A stretch of 64,000 nt of DNA from Lama guanicoe (Eukaryota): NCBI GenBank assembly GCA_013239625.1, contig MU054166.1:13319-77318 (forward strand), in the 5' to 3' direction. The notes under the pieces are model-generated. The model did not search any database and had not been told where the DNA came from. It worked only from the letters and a program-made list of their open reading frames with translations. The position numbers were made by a program, and so were the translations under genes. Shown one piece after another: positions 25,870-39,500 of the stretch; position 1 is the first letter of the stretch, and each line of letters starts with the position of its first letter.

Positions 25870-28800
25870 GTTTTTTTCCATTTTAACATTTTTATTGATT
25901 TTTATTGATTTTACAAAGTTGTCTCCAATTCAAGCGTAGAGAAAAATTTTTCAGTTACAATCAACATATATATATTTGTTGTCCCATTTTTTCATCTTTG
26001 AGCAGCCTTAAGATCTTTTATACATTTCCCTATGTAATACAGTAGAATCCTGTTTATCTACTCTACAATTTTGGCCTCCTAGTCTATCTCTTCACACCCC
26101 CCGCTCCATGGCCTCCAAAACTTTGTATTCTATGTCTGCCAGACTATTTCTGTTCTGTATTTGTGCTCTTTGTGTTTTGTTTTTCTTTGTTTATAGATTA
26201 CACTAATGAGCCATCTCATATGGTATTTTTCTTTCTCTTCTTGGCTTACTTCACTTAGACAGATTTTCTCCAGGAATATCCATGTTGCTGAAAATGGCAT
26301 TATGTTGTCATTTTATATGGCTGACTAGTATTCCATTGTATAAATATACCACCTCTTCTTTATCCAGTCAACTGTCGATGGACTTTTAGGCTTTTTCCAT
26401 GTCTTGGCTATTGTAAATATTCCTGGCTAAGAACAATGGGGTGCAGGTGTCATTCTGAAGTAGGGTTTCTTCTGGATTTATGCCCAGGAGTGGGATTCCT
26501 GGGTCAAATGGTAAGTCTATTCCTAGGCTTTTGAGGAATCTCCATCCTGTTTTCCACAGTGGCTGCACCAATCTGCATTGCCACCAGCAGTGAAGGACAG
26601 TTCCCTTTTCTCCACAGCCCCTCCAGTATTTGTCATTTGTGGATTTTGGAATTATGGCCATTCAGACTGGTGTGAGGTGATACCTCACAGTAGTTTTGAT
26701 TTGCATTTCTCTGATAATCAGTGATATTTAGCATTTTCTGATGTGCCTTTTGATCATTTGTATGTCTGCCTTGGAGAGTGGCTTGTTTAGGTTTTCTGCC
26801 CATTTTTGGATTGGGTTGTTTATTTTTTCTTATTCAGTTGGATGAACTGCTTATATACTCTGAAGATCAAGCCTTTGTCGGTTTCATATGCAAATTATTT
26901 TCCCATTCCGTTAGTTGTCTTCTTGTTTTATTTCCAGTTTCTTTACTGTGAAGAAGCTTGTAAGTTTCATTAGGTCTCATTTGTTTTTTCTTGCTTTTAT
27001 TTCTTCTACGAGAAAATTTTTGAGACTTATGTCAGATAATATTTTGCCTAAATTTTCCTCAAGGATGTTTATTGTATTTTGACTTATGTTTAAGTCTTTG
27101 ATCCATTCTGATTATATTTCTGTGTGTGGTGTTCTAGCTTCATTGTGAGTGTTCTAGCTCCATTGATTTACATGCTGCTCTCCAGTTTTCCCGACACCAT
27201 TTGCTGAATTGTCTGTCTCAGTTCCATTGTATTTCCTTGCCTCCTTTTTCAAAGGTTAATTGACCAAAAGGTTGTGGGTTCATTTGTGGGCTCTCTATTC
27301 TGTTCCATTGGCCTATATGTATGTTTTCCTACCGATACAGTGCTGTCATGTTGACTATAGCTCTATAGTATTACTGAATCATATGCGTTAAAGAAATGTC
27401 ACTGATTTTTGAATCTTAATTGTAACCTGCTAATACCTTGCTGAATTCTTGATCAGATTTAGTAGTTTTTGTCTGGCTCTTGTAGGGTATTCTATATATA
27501 GTAACATATTTTCTGCATATAGTGAGACTTTTACCTCCTCCTTTCCAATTTGCATCCCTTTTACTTCTCTCTCTTGTTTGATTTCTGTAGCTAGGACTTC
27601 CAAGACTATCTTGAGTTGGAGTGTTGTTAGTGTGCATCCTTGTCTTGTCCCAGATTTTAGTGGGAAGGTTTTAACTTTCTCACCATTGAGTGCTATGCTA
27701 GCTGTAGGTGTGTTATCTATAGCTTTCATGATGCTGGTATATGTTCCCTCTATGCCCACCTTGTTGAAACTTTTTATCATACATGGGTGTTGAATTTTAT
27801 CAAATGCCTTTCCTGCATCTATTTTGATGATCATGTGGTTTTGGTCGTTTTCTTGTTGATGTGCTCTATTACATTGAATGACTTACATATGTTGAAAAAC
27901 CCCTGTGTCCCTGGCATGATCCCCACTTCGCCATGATGTATAAATTTTTATCTGTTTTTGGATTCTATTTGCTAATATTTTGGTGAGTATTTTTGTGTCT
28001 GTGTTCATCAGTGATATTGCCCTATATTTCTCTTGTTTAGTAGTGTCTTTTCCTGGTTGTGGTATCAGGGTGATTGTGGCTTCATAGAATGACTTTGGGA
28101 GTTTTCCTTCCTTTTCAAACTTCTGGAAGAGTTTCAGAAACACTGGTATGAGTTCTTCATTGTATGTTCCGTAGAATTCCTCATTGAATCCATCCGGTCC
28201 TGGACTGATATTTGTAGGGAGGTTTTATATTGCTATTTTGATTTCATTTCTACTGCTATGCTTGTTCAATGGGTCAGTTTGTTCTTGATTCATTCTTGGT
28301 GGACAGCATTTTTCCAGAAAATTGTCTGTCCCCTCTAGGTTATCCAGTTTGGTTCCATAAACTTTTCATAATTTTCTCATGTGATATTCTGTATTTCAAT
28401 TTTATTTATATTTCAATTTGTTGTAATTTCTCCATTTTCCTATCTTATTTTGCTAATTTGTGTTCTCTCTCTTTTCTTCTTTTTGAGTTTGGCCGGAGGT
28501 GTTTTGGAATTACTTACTTTTTTAAAAACACAGCTATTTGATTGGTGATTTTTTTGCTATGGTTTTTTTCAATCTCTATTATGATTATTTCCTCCACAAT
28601 ATTTATGATTTCCATCCTTCTGCTGCCTTTTGGGGTTTTTTGTTCTTCTTTATCTTGTTCATTCTGGTGGGTTAAATTGTTTATTTGTGATTGTTCTTCT
28701 TTTTTGAGGAAGGCCTGTATCACTTTAAACTTCCTTCTCAGCACTGCTTTTGATGTGTCCCTTAAATTTTGTGTGGTTTTGCTTTCATTTTCTTTTGTCT

Positions 28801-31800
28801 CAAGGTACTTTCTCATGACAGCTTCGATTTCTTCATTGACCGATTGGTTTTTTAATAACATATTGTTTAATCTCCATGTTTTCCTATTGTTCTCCTTTGT
28901 TTTTCTGTTGTTGATTTCTAGCTTCATGGTACTGTGGTCAGTAAAGTTGCTTGAGGTAATTTCTATCTTCTTAAAATTACTGAGGTTTCTTTTGTGCCCA
29001 ACTATATCATGAAATCTGGGAAATGTCCCATGTGCACTTGGAAAGAATGTATATACTATTTTTGGGGGGGGTACAATGTTCTGAAAGTATCCACCTTGTG
29101 TAATATTTCTATTGTATTACTTAACTTTGCTGTTGCCTAATTTCTTTTCTGTCTCGATGATCAGTCCAGTTATGTTAATGCAGTGTTGAAATCTCCAACT
29201 ATGATTAGATTCCCATCACTATCCCCCTTTATATCTGTTATTAATTATTTTATGTACTTAGGTGCTCCTCTATTTGGTGCCTATATATTAACGAGTGATT
29301 TATCCTCATTTTGTATCACTCCTTCAATCATTATAAAATGTCCTTCTTTACCTTTCTTTATGGCCTTTGTTTTAAAAACTCTTTTGTCTGAAATCAGTAC
29401 TGCAACACCTGCTTTTTTGGCTTTTCCATTTGTATGGAATACATTTTCCATTCTTTCTCACTCAATCTATATGTGTCCTGCTCCCTGAAGTGGGTCCCTT
29501 GTACGCAGCATACTGAAGGTTCTCGTTTTATTATCCAGCCTGCCACTCTATGACTTTTGACTGTAGCATTTAGTCCATTAACATTTACAAAAATCTATAT
29601 GTTTGTGTTTATTGCCATTTTGACCTTATCTTTGCTGTTGATTTGGTTTTTCCTCTTTGTTCATTTCATGTTCCTTTTATCGTTTGGTCATTTTCCTTGA
29701 AATTATCATGAAATTTATTTAGTTTTAGTGACACCCTGATAAGTTAATGTCTTCTTGTTACCCTTTTATATAAGTATTTTATACCATTATTATAACTGCT
29801 TTTATTAAACTGATAGTAACAAGATCTCAAACCCATCCTACTGAGATCAAACCCATTGAGAACAAAAATTCTAAAAGGAAAGAGCAAAAAAAAAAGCTCC
29901 CTTTTCCTGCCTCCCTCTCCCACTCTCAATGATTTGTATGTCTTGTTTTAAAATTTGGTGTTTATTTTATTAATAATTCATGAGTTATCACCTTTCCAGC
30001 AGTGAGATTCATATTTCTGTAGCATCCTGCTGCTTTTGTTTTTAGAGTGGACCTTTCAATATTCCTTTAATCATGGGTCTAGTGTTGCTAAACTCTTGTA
30101 GCTTTTTCTTGTCTGTGAAATCCTTTATGTCTCCTTCTACCATAAAATATAGCCTTTCTGGTTAAATTATCCTAGGGTATATCATTTTTTTATTCAAGGC
30201 TCTGAATATATCTTGCCACTACTTTATGTCCTGTAGTATTTGTGTAGTGAAGTCAGCTGTGAGCCTTATGGGGATTCCCTTGTAACTCACTCTTGCTATT
30301 CTTTTGCTGCCTTTAGGATCATTTCTTTATCCCTGACTCTGGCCATCTTAATTTTATGACTTGCTGTGGGTGTATTTGGGTTCTTCCTCTTTGGGGCACT
30401 CTGAGTTTCCTGTACTTGGATATCTGATTCCTTCTTTAAGTTTGGGAAGTTCTCAGTCATGATTTCTTCAAACACCTTTCCAATCCCCTTTGATCTTTTC
30501 TCCCCTTCTGGAACTTCTATTATGCCAAGATTGGCATGCTTTCTGTTATCCCATAGGTCCCTTATGCTTTTTTCATTTGTTTCTTGTTGTTTCTCTTGTA
30601 GCTCTTCTGATTGAGTGCTTTCTATTTTACTGTCTTCTAAGTCACTAATTCATTCCTCTACATTATCTAGTCTGCTTTGCGATGCCTTAATATCATTCCT
30701 CATCTCAGTCAATGAGTTTACTTATTCTACTCGGCTCTTCTTTATAGATTACATTTCATTTTTAACATGTTTTATATCTCTAAACACTGTCTTTAATTTC
30801 CTTCTGTAATTTGATCACTCCTATTTTAAATATTGATATACTAGGTTATCAATATCTATTTCACTAATCGTTCTTTCAAGGAATTTCTCTTATTCTTTTA
30901 ATTGGGATTGGTTTCTCTGCTTCTTCATCTTGCTCCTACCTCTCTGGCACTGTGGTTTATGGAATAACAGTTATCTACTCTGGTCCTAAAGGAGTTTCTC
31001 TACCTAATGTCAATGTAGTAATACAACATAAAAAAGAGAAAAAAGAGAGAGAGAGACAAAGAATTTTAAAGAAGAGGAAATAAATATTTGAAGACATTGT
31101 ATAATGCATAATAGAAGTGCAAATTGAAGCAGATTGTTGAAAAATAATAATAATAAATATATTTTTAAATATTTCAAAGGGATGAAAATATGTGTATATA
31201 TAATTGCCTAAGAAGTAAAAATTATAGGGTAAAAGAAAATGGAACACGTAAAAACAGATTAAAACAAGGTGGTGGTCTGTGTCCTCCTGGAGACTGGGTA
31301 CATTAAATGTGAAGTCTTTCTGTATTCATCTTGTTTTGAATGCTCATCTTCCTGTTTTCAGATGCCCTCCATTGGAGCCCTCAACTGTGTTGCTCCCAGT
31401 GCCTCTCAGCAAGCAGATTGCTCCAACACCCAACACTGCGTCTGGAGCAGCTCTCTTTACTCTGGGCTGGCTTGTCACTGCCCTGCCTGATGCTGCAGTC
31501 AGCTGTTGCAGGCTGACCAGGCAGGAGTGGGCATCACGCCCTCTCCCAGCACCATGGTCAGGGGCTGCATTCTAGCAGAATAGTTGGGGGGCCACATGGA
31601 CCCTCAGGGTGCCAGTCACTCCATCGATCTGTGCCACTATAAAGTCCGCCTTGGGTTTGCATGCCAGAAGTGGGCTCAGGGAAGACTGAGGAACAGCCCT
31701 GTCCCTGGTCTGGCCCAAAATCCAGCTCCTTGTTTGTCTTGGTGAAGCAAGTTTTCTGAGGAACCAGGATAGAATGATCCTATCTGTCTCAGCCTGTAGA

Positions 31801-32525
31801 GAAGACTGCGTCTGTCCCTTAAGGCTGCTAAGTCCTTAGAAGTGGATGCCAATATTGCCCCTGCTGCTGCCTGGGTGCAAAACAATAGAGTGTATGGTGG
31901 CTGTGTCTGAGCCCCAGCTCTCTTCACCTAGAAACTTTTGTGTATTTTCAGGCATGGTTATGCACCCTTCCACCCACAGGGCATATCTGCCCTGTTGTTT
32001 TATGGAGGGCCCAGGTTGTTCTGCCCTGTACACCCACAGCAATGTCACAAGACCCCTCCATTCCCCCAGACTGCCTCAGTGCAGCCATCCTCATCTTCCA
32101 CCCAGTTCATGCAGCATGGCCCTTCCCCCAGCTTCCAGACTGCACCTTGGGCTGGGTGTCTGTGCCTGTTTAACTTAGTTCTGTCAGTCAACTTATACTC
32201 TGTAAAGATCCAAGCCTTGGAGGCTCCCCCTCCATCCAGCCGAACCCTCAGTTGGAGAGTGGAGACCCAGTGAATGAGCACCAGTCCATTTTTGCAGCTC
32301 CCTCCCTGTGGGACCTGTCCCACTCTGTTTTGCCTTTTCTTCTTTCTTTCCTCCTTTCCTCCTACCAGATTTTAAACATCATTACCTATTGAACAGGACA
32401 ATGTTCTGCAAGATTTCTGCAGGTTCTCTGGTTAGCTGAGTGGGTCTGTTGATGTGAGTTTGTTGCATTTGTGGGAAAGGGTGACTATCGAGCATCCTTC
32501 TACTCCAAAATCTTGGACTCCACCA
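25870..32525 (-). mobile_element. Near-full-length LINE-1 (5' UTR, ORF1, ORF2, 3' UTR), inactive
   Basis: The 5' end ggtggagtccaagattttggagtagaagg lies at ~32525, followed by a GC-richer 5' UTR at 31270-32520 and an ORF1 remnant at ~30000-30800. The ORF2 ATG is at 29618 (MAINTN..NVNGLN). ORF2 pieces are 28514-28927, 27883-28143, 27430-27834 and 26386-26661, with an internal deletion at ~27380. Confidence 0.93.
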
Positions 32526-32559
32526 CAAAAGGTCTCACTTTATGGTGGAAGATAAACAC

Positions 32560-35500
32560 ATCCTGGAAATAGATGGAAGAGTTATTTCATGGAAATGATA
32601 AGAAAATGCAGATTGCAATGCTCAACTCATACAAAATACGTTTCAAATTAAGGGCCACAATGAAAGATATATATGAGATTATATAATGAAAAAGAGATCA
32701 ATGTTAAAATAGGGTATTACACACATTAAATTATATATGGACCCAACACCATAGATCCTAAGTATATAAAGAAATATTAGTAGACATGAAGGAATTAATT
32801 GATTATAAAAAAATAATAATAGATGAATTTAACACCTCACTATTCTGATAGCCAGATCATCCAGAAAAAATATCTGTAAGGAAATAGATGTTTTAATAAT
32901 ATATTAGATCATTTGAACCTAACTGGTTTTTTGGACACTGCATTAGAAAAGCAGAACACATAAACTTTTCAAGTGTGCACAGGATGTTATCTAAGGAAAT
33001 AACCACAAATTATGTCATGAAAAGTGCCTCAGAAACTTTAAGCAAAGATAGATTACAGCAAGTATTTTTCCATAACATAAGTATGATGCATCAACTCTAG
33101 AAAGAAGAACAGGAAAAGCACAAACATGAGATTAAACCACATCCTTTAAAAAAATAAAATAAAACAAGGTCAATGATGAAATCAAAGAGGTAATAAAATC
33201 ATACCTAAAGACAAATTACAATGAAAGCACAGCTTCATAAAATGTATAGGATGCAGCAAAGACAAATCTATGATGGAAGTTTAGAACAATTAAGGCCTTC
33301 TACAAGGAACAAGAGAAACCTCACAGAAAGGACCAAGCATACCACCAAAAATAACTAGAAATAAGAACAAACAAAACCTAAAGGCATTAGAATGAGAAAT
33401 CTTTAATTAATAGTTTGAAAATAAATGATATAAGAATCAAAAAATAAGTTAAAATTCCTAAAATTATGAGCTATATTTTTTCTTAAAAATATTAACAAAG
33501 TGTTAAGCATTTAGCCAGTCTTATCAAGAAATACACAGGGTGGACCCAAACAAAATAAGAAATGAAACAGTAGAAATAACATCTGATATTACAGAAATAA
33601 AAAAAGTTTATGAAACACTATGAGCAGTAGTGTGACAACCAATTGGATGCCCTAAAATTAATGGGCATATTTCTAGATATGAGCAGCTTACAAACACTGA
33701 ATAAAGAGAAAACAGAAAACTTGAAAAGAGCAATCATTATAAGTTAAATGAAATGTATAATTTTGAAAACACTCCTTGAACAAAATGGATGCCTTCACTA
33801 AAACCTCTTTCCTCCCCACTATTTCAAAAAATGAAGTAGGAAGGAAAATTCCCAAAGTTATTCTATGAAGCCAACATTACCTTGATAACAAAATCAGACA
33901 CTACCAAAAAATAAGTGAAAATGAAAAGCCAATATCCTTGATGAATATACATTCAAAAATCTTCAAAAGAAAAATTACAAATTAATCCAGCAATATATAG
34001 AAAGGATTATGCAGGATGATGAGTTGGATTCCTTCCAGAGTCACAAGGATGGTTCAACATACACAAGTCAATCAGCATGAAACATATCTAATAAAGGAAG
34101 GACAAATCTCACAGGACCATGTCAATACACACAGAAAAAGCATTTGACAAAATTCAACATACATTCATGACCAGAACTCTCATGAAAGTGAGTATAATGG
34201 GAACATCTCTCAGCATAATATAGGAAATTTATAACAATTTATAATAATCAGGGGGAAAAGTGAAAGCATTCTGGGTAAATTCGGGAACAACACAAAGACT
34301 CCTACTCTCACCACTTCTGTTCCATAGTAATACAAGAAAGGAAAAGGAAAAGAAAAAGAAGAAAAAGAAACACAAAATGGAAAGAAAGAAGCAAAATTGT
34401 CACCAGTACTGATGGCATAACAATCTACACAGAGAGTCCGAATGGCTCCAAACTGACTGTTATGAATAATAAATAATTTCAGCAAGAAAGCAAGGTGCAA
34501 GATTAATGTAAAAAGTCTCCTGCATTTCTGCACATTAGTCATGAGATACCCAAAAATGGACATTGAAAGCAATACTATATAAAATCCCATTCCCTGGAAT
34601 ATCTTGGAATCAATGTAACCACATATGTGAAAGATCTACACACTGAAAATTATAAAACATTGACAAAATATTTAAAAATGATTGAAAGAAATGGAAAGAT
34701 GTCTTGTGCTCTTGGATTGAAAGAGTTCATATTGTTAACATGGCTGTACTACACAAAGAAACCTACAGATTTAGTGCAATTAATGTTACGAAGCTGTAGA
34801 ATTTTCCAAAGAAGCAGAAAAAAATAACTATAAGTTTTAAATGAAACCATTAAAAATTGCCAAAATGATCTTGAGAAAAAACAACAAATCTGGAGATATA
34901 ACCCTCCCAGATACATTACTATATTAAAAAACTACAGTAATAAAAACAGCATGGCATTGGCACAGAGATATAATCAATAAAAACAGAGAGCCTAGAAACA
35001 ATTCCACACACCTATGAGCAATGAATCTATGATAAAAGAGGCAAAGGTACACAATGGAGAAAACACAGTCTCGTCAAAGGCTGGTGTTGGGAAAGTTGGA
35101 CATCTACATGTTAAAAAAGTGAAATGAGAGCATTCCCTGATATCATACACAAAAATAAACTACAAGTGTATTAAGGACCTAAATGTAAGACCTGATAAGT
35201 AAAAAACTGCTAGAAAGGAATATGGGAGATACCCTATTGGATATATATCATAGGAATATTTTCTTATATCAGTCTCCTAAGGCAAAACATATAAAAGCAA
35301 AAATAAGCAAGTGAGACCTAAACAAACTTGAAAATTTCTGCACAGCTAAGGACACAATCAATGAAATGAAAACACTGCCTGTGTAATTGGAGAATATATA
35401 GGCAAATAATGCAAGTGACCAGGGGTTAATAGATGTAGGTTAATAGATGTAACATGGATTTAGGTTACACAACTCAATGTGAAAAGTAAAAACCCAATCA

Positions 35501-36580
35501 AAAACAAGAGCAGAGTAACTGAGTTAATACTTTTCCCAAAGAAAACTTACAGATGAGTAACGGGCAGATGATAAAAATGCTCAACATTACTATTTATTAG
35601 GTAATTGCAAATCAAAACCACAATGAGGTATCACTTCACACTGTTCAAGTGGCTATTATAAAAAAGTCTACAAATGGAAAGTGTTGGAGATGATGTGGAG
35701 GTAAGAAATCTCTTGTATACACATGGTAGGAATATAAATTGGTAGAGCTTCTATGGAAAACAGTATTCATATATCTTTAAAAACTAAAACAGAACTACCA
35801 TATGAAACAGTAAGACCTCTCTTGGAAAAATCTGGGGAAAAAACCCTAAATTGAAAAGAACCAATGTTCACAACAGCACTGTTTTAAACATGCAAGACTT
35901 TGAAGCAATCCAAGAGTCCACAGTAGAGTATGGACTTAATAAGATATGATGATTCTATAAATATGCAATGGAATATTAGTCAGCCATGAAAAAGTATAAC
36001 ACATTGCTATTTCAGCATCCTAAATGGACATATTAAATATTGTGCTTAGTGAAGGAACTTAGACAAAGACAAAAGTATATCATATATTTTATATGTGGAA
36101 TCTAAAGAATAACAAATATCTATGTACTTCTATCTATAGCTATCTATTGATAAACGACAGATAAATAGAAGGATAGATACATAGATCCATGGTAGATAAA
36201 AAGATAGATAGATAGATCAATAGATAGACAGATTGTTTTATTGATAGAGACATGGAAGAGAGATAGAGAGTTTAGATACACAAGACTGAAACATACTGAA
36301 AGATATGGGAAAAAATTTATGTTTACCAAAGTGGAAGGGAAGGACAATTTTATGGTACAATATTGAGAGATATAATGTAGTATAAATAAAGGAAATAAGC
36401 AACAAGTATAATCTGTATAGATCAGGGAATTATACACAATAACTTATAATAATTGAATGTTAAAAGTACTGTAATAGTTTATAATGCAATATACTCCACA
36501 GAGTGGTTGGAATCTATATGCTGTACATCTGAAACTACAAAATACAGTACATCTACTGTGCTTCAATTAAAAAAAAAATC
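32560..36580 (+). mobile_element. LINE-1, nearly complete ORF2 plus 3' UTR, degenerate
   Basis: EN, RT (gaaaaagcatttgacaaaattcaacat) and C-terminal remnants; its 3' half is paralogous to 1-2150. Confidence 0.9.
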
Positions 36581-39500
36581 TCATGTAAAATTTAGTCCTT
36601 TTTCCACTGATAGCAGTTCCTTTAATATTGATTTACTTTTTACCTTTTATGATTACTATCTCACATTATTTCTTTTACTCTTGTGAACATGATGTATATA
36701 TATTTATTGCCCCTGATTTCCTATTTTTCTATCTTTAATCCATAGAGTATAGTAGCATTTAAGAACATATCCAAAGAAAAAGTTGCAATTTCTCGTGGTG
36801 TCTGCTTAGCATTTTGTTCAATGTTTGCATATTTTTGCCATTTTATATTTCTTAGAAGACCTCTTTTCTGCACCCCGTGTAAGGTGTCTCAGTTTTGTTT
36901 TTTTCATGTCATTCAGGATTTGTTTGTCTGGTAATGTCTTTATTTTCACTTTATATCTAAGTGATAATTGTGCAAGGTAGAGTATTCTTAGGTGAGAGAT
37001 TTCATATTTCAGTAGTTTGAAAATACCATTTAATTTACCCTTGGCCAAAGTTTTCTGCTGAGAAATTTGCTGAAAGTCTAATGGGGGATCATTTGTAGAT
37101 TATCATAATATTTTTTGACTGTCTTTAAAATTTTACACTGTCATTGACTAGCCAATTTGCATATGACGTATCTTGAAGGAGGTCTCTTTGCCTTAAAGTT
37201 ATTGGGTTTTTTTGGCTCACGGACATGTATATCAGTTCCTTACACAGGTTCGGGAAGTTATCAACAATTACTTCTTTAAATAAACCAACAGCTACCTTCT
37301 AACTTTCTCCTCCCTCCAGGATTTCACTCTAAAGTGCACTTCCTGAAGAAGTCTGATGGCTAATGTAGAAGGCTAGAATTTCCTCACTTTTTAATATCTT
37401 GTATCTCTGTGCTCCTCTATCATTTCTAGTTTTGTATTGGAGAGTTTGCTAAACTCTCTTCCACAAAGATAGACTGTTCCCAATGCTTTCTGTTGCATTC
37501 TTCATCTCAGATATTAAGTTCATCTGGTCCTCCAAAAACGTTTGGATAATTTTTAGTTTCAATCTCTTTGGTAATGTATTCTTTATCAGCATTTAATTTA
37601 TTCATAAACTCACTAAACTGCTATCCGAGTTTTGTTTTTGTATTGAGTTTCTGTATGACACCTGTTTGGATTCTCTATTAATTATATGGCAATATACCAT
37701 GACTTTAAGTTTGTTTGCTGCAGGGTTGACATTATGTGCGTGTGTGCGTGTGCGTATTCGTGTGTGTCTGTGTCTTTTTCAGTGTCTGTGTTTGTGTACC
37801 TGTGTGTGTGCATGCACTATAATCTTACTGTGATTGGTCATGATCTTGGTAAATTATTTCTCTGATGACACTAGATAACCGTTTTGGAGTTGGAGCCCTT
37901 GCTTTTGTTTCCTGGTAGTTTGCAATATTGCACAATTTTCGGTTATACTTACCTGAGCTACCTCTGATAATATTTCAAAGTGGCACATTCCACTTACTAC
38001 TGTCTGGATAAAAGATGTGTTTCATTGTCCCTTTTTAGACTTCTCTGGTAGTTAATGCCACTCTTGTCACTCGTATGGTGAACCCTTCCTTTTATCTGAT
38101 ATCCTTTGAGACTCAGTTTACACATTGAGGAAACGTGTAAAGACAGGTGGGTATTTGGAATCAGGCAAGTGCCTTTCCCATGTCCAGTTTTGCAAGGTAA
38201 CTTGTCTCCACCAATGTGAATGGGGAATTAGGACAGTGTCATGAATGTCTGAGTGTCTGAAAGATGGAATTTCTGTCTCCATTGTGGCTCCCTCCTAGTT
38301 ACTTGTGACCATGAGTGCTGGTGCATTTGGAGGCCGAAGTTGTGTGAACCACTGAAACTCTGTTCCTACTGGGATCTCTGAGCCTGTGGGCTCAGATACT
38401 CTAGTAATTGGGCCTTGGTTGTAGGCACCTAATCTGCTATTCCCTCATTTGAGCCTCCGTTGTGTGTTTTAGCCCACCAAACTTCAGCTTTACACATGCG
38501 TTCTGGAGTATTGTTTTGTGTTCTAGTTATTTTTGTTGAGATATGAATGTTTTACTTACTGTAGATTTAAGGGGAGAGACAAAAATTGTTTAAACTTATG
38601 TCACTTTTTTCACAGAATAAACTTTTTCATTTAAAAGCTTAAATTCTAATTAGGACATTATAAGAAAAGTAAAGAAAGTGAATAAATCACCTCCCTTAAT
38701 GTCATAGTACTACAAAATATTTTGATTTTCCTGGGTTATTTCCTTCATTGTTTTCCCCAAATACATGTACATTTTACTAAAATATATGCCTATAATCTCT
38801 TTAAAATCATTTAAATTATTAAAATATTTCTCTGTGTTGTAAATATAGCCCTGTTGCTCCTCTAATTTATAACTGGTAGCTTGCATATTTCTGTCTTCAC
38901 CATCCTTCTTGTCTGTCCCGAAAGGAAACCACTACTTGGTACACTACACATATATATGTGATTCTGTTCCTGTTTCTTTATGATTATTTCTCTTATATCT
39001 TTAGTTTCCTCATATAAGTGATAACTTGGAGTGTTTTTCTCTGTATGACTTATTTTCATATGTACAACACTTTCTGAGTCCAGTCACATTTTTCCAAATG
39101 GAAGAATTTTATTTTTTAATATGACAGTGACTAAGTATTTATTATGTTATCTATATCTCACATCTACTTTAGTCAATCATCTGTTGACGGGCAGTTGAAT
39201 TGTGCATCTATCCTTGGCTATTATAAATGATGATTATGTTAAGAACAATGGGGGTAATATATCCTTTAAAGTTAATGTTTTCTTGTTTTTACAGATTTAT
39301 ATCAAAAACTGGTATAGCTGCAACATATATTGCTTTTATTTCTAGTTTTCTGTGCACTGTTTACACTTTTATAGTAGTGGATGCATCAATTTATATTTCC
39401 ACAAAAAGTGTACCTGGGTTCCCTTTTATCGACATTCTTATTAATGTTTGTCATTTGAAGCCTTTTTTAATAGCCATTTTGGTTGCTGTGAGATTATATT

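Larger units (their letters stand above)
1..29252 (+). repeat. Tandem segmental duplication, unit A (portion with a paralogue in this window)
   Basis: Colinear with 34510-64000. Anchors: acatatgtgaaagatc at 111 vs 34621; HSFY exon 2 start at 13261 vs 47828; ccccctttat/aatctgtta at ~29223 vs ~63971. Confidence 0.95.

Noticed and set aside
28542..29012. Hydrophobic 156-aa 'membrane protein' ORF, also 63324-63740
   Set aside because: Antisense reading of A-rich L1 ORF2.
31269..32323. Cluster of overlapping ORFs in the only GC-richer region
   Set aside because: This is the L1 5' UTR; stop-poor composition explains the ORFs.
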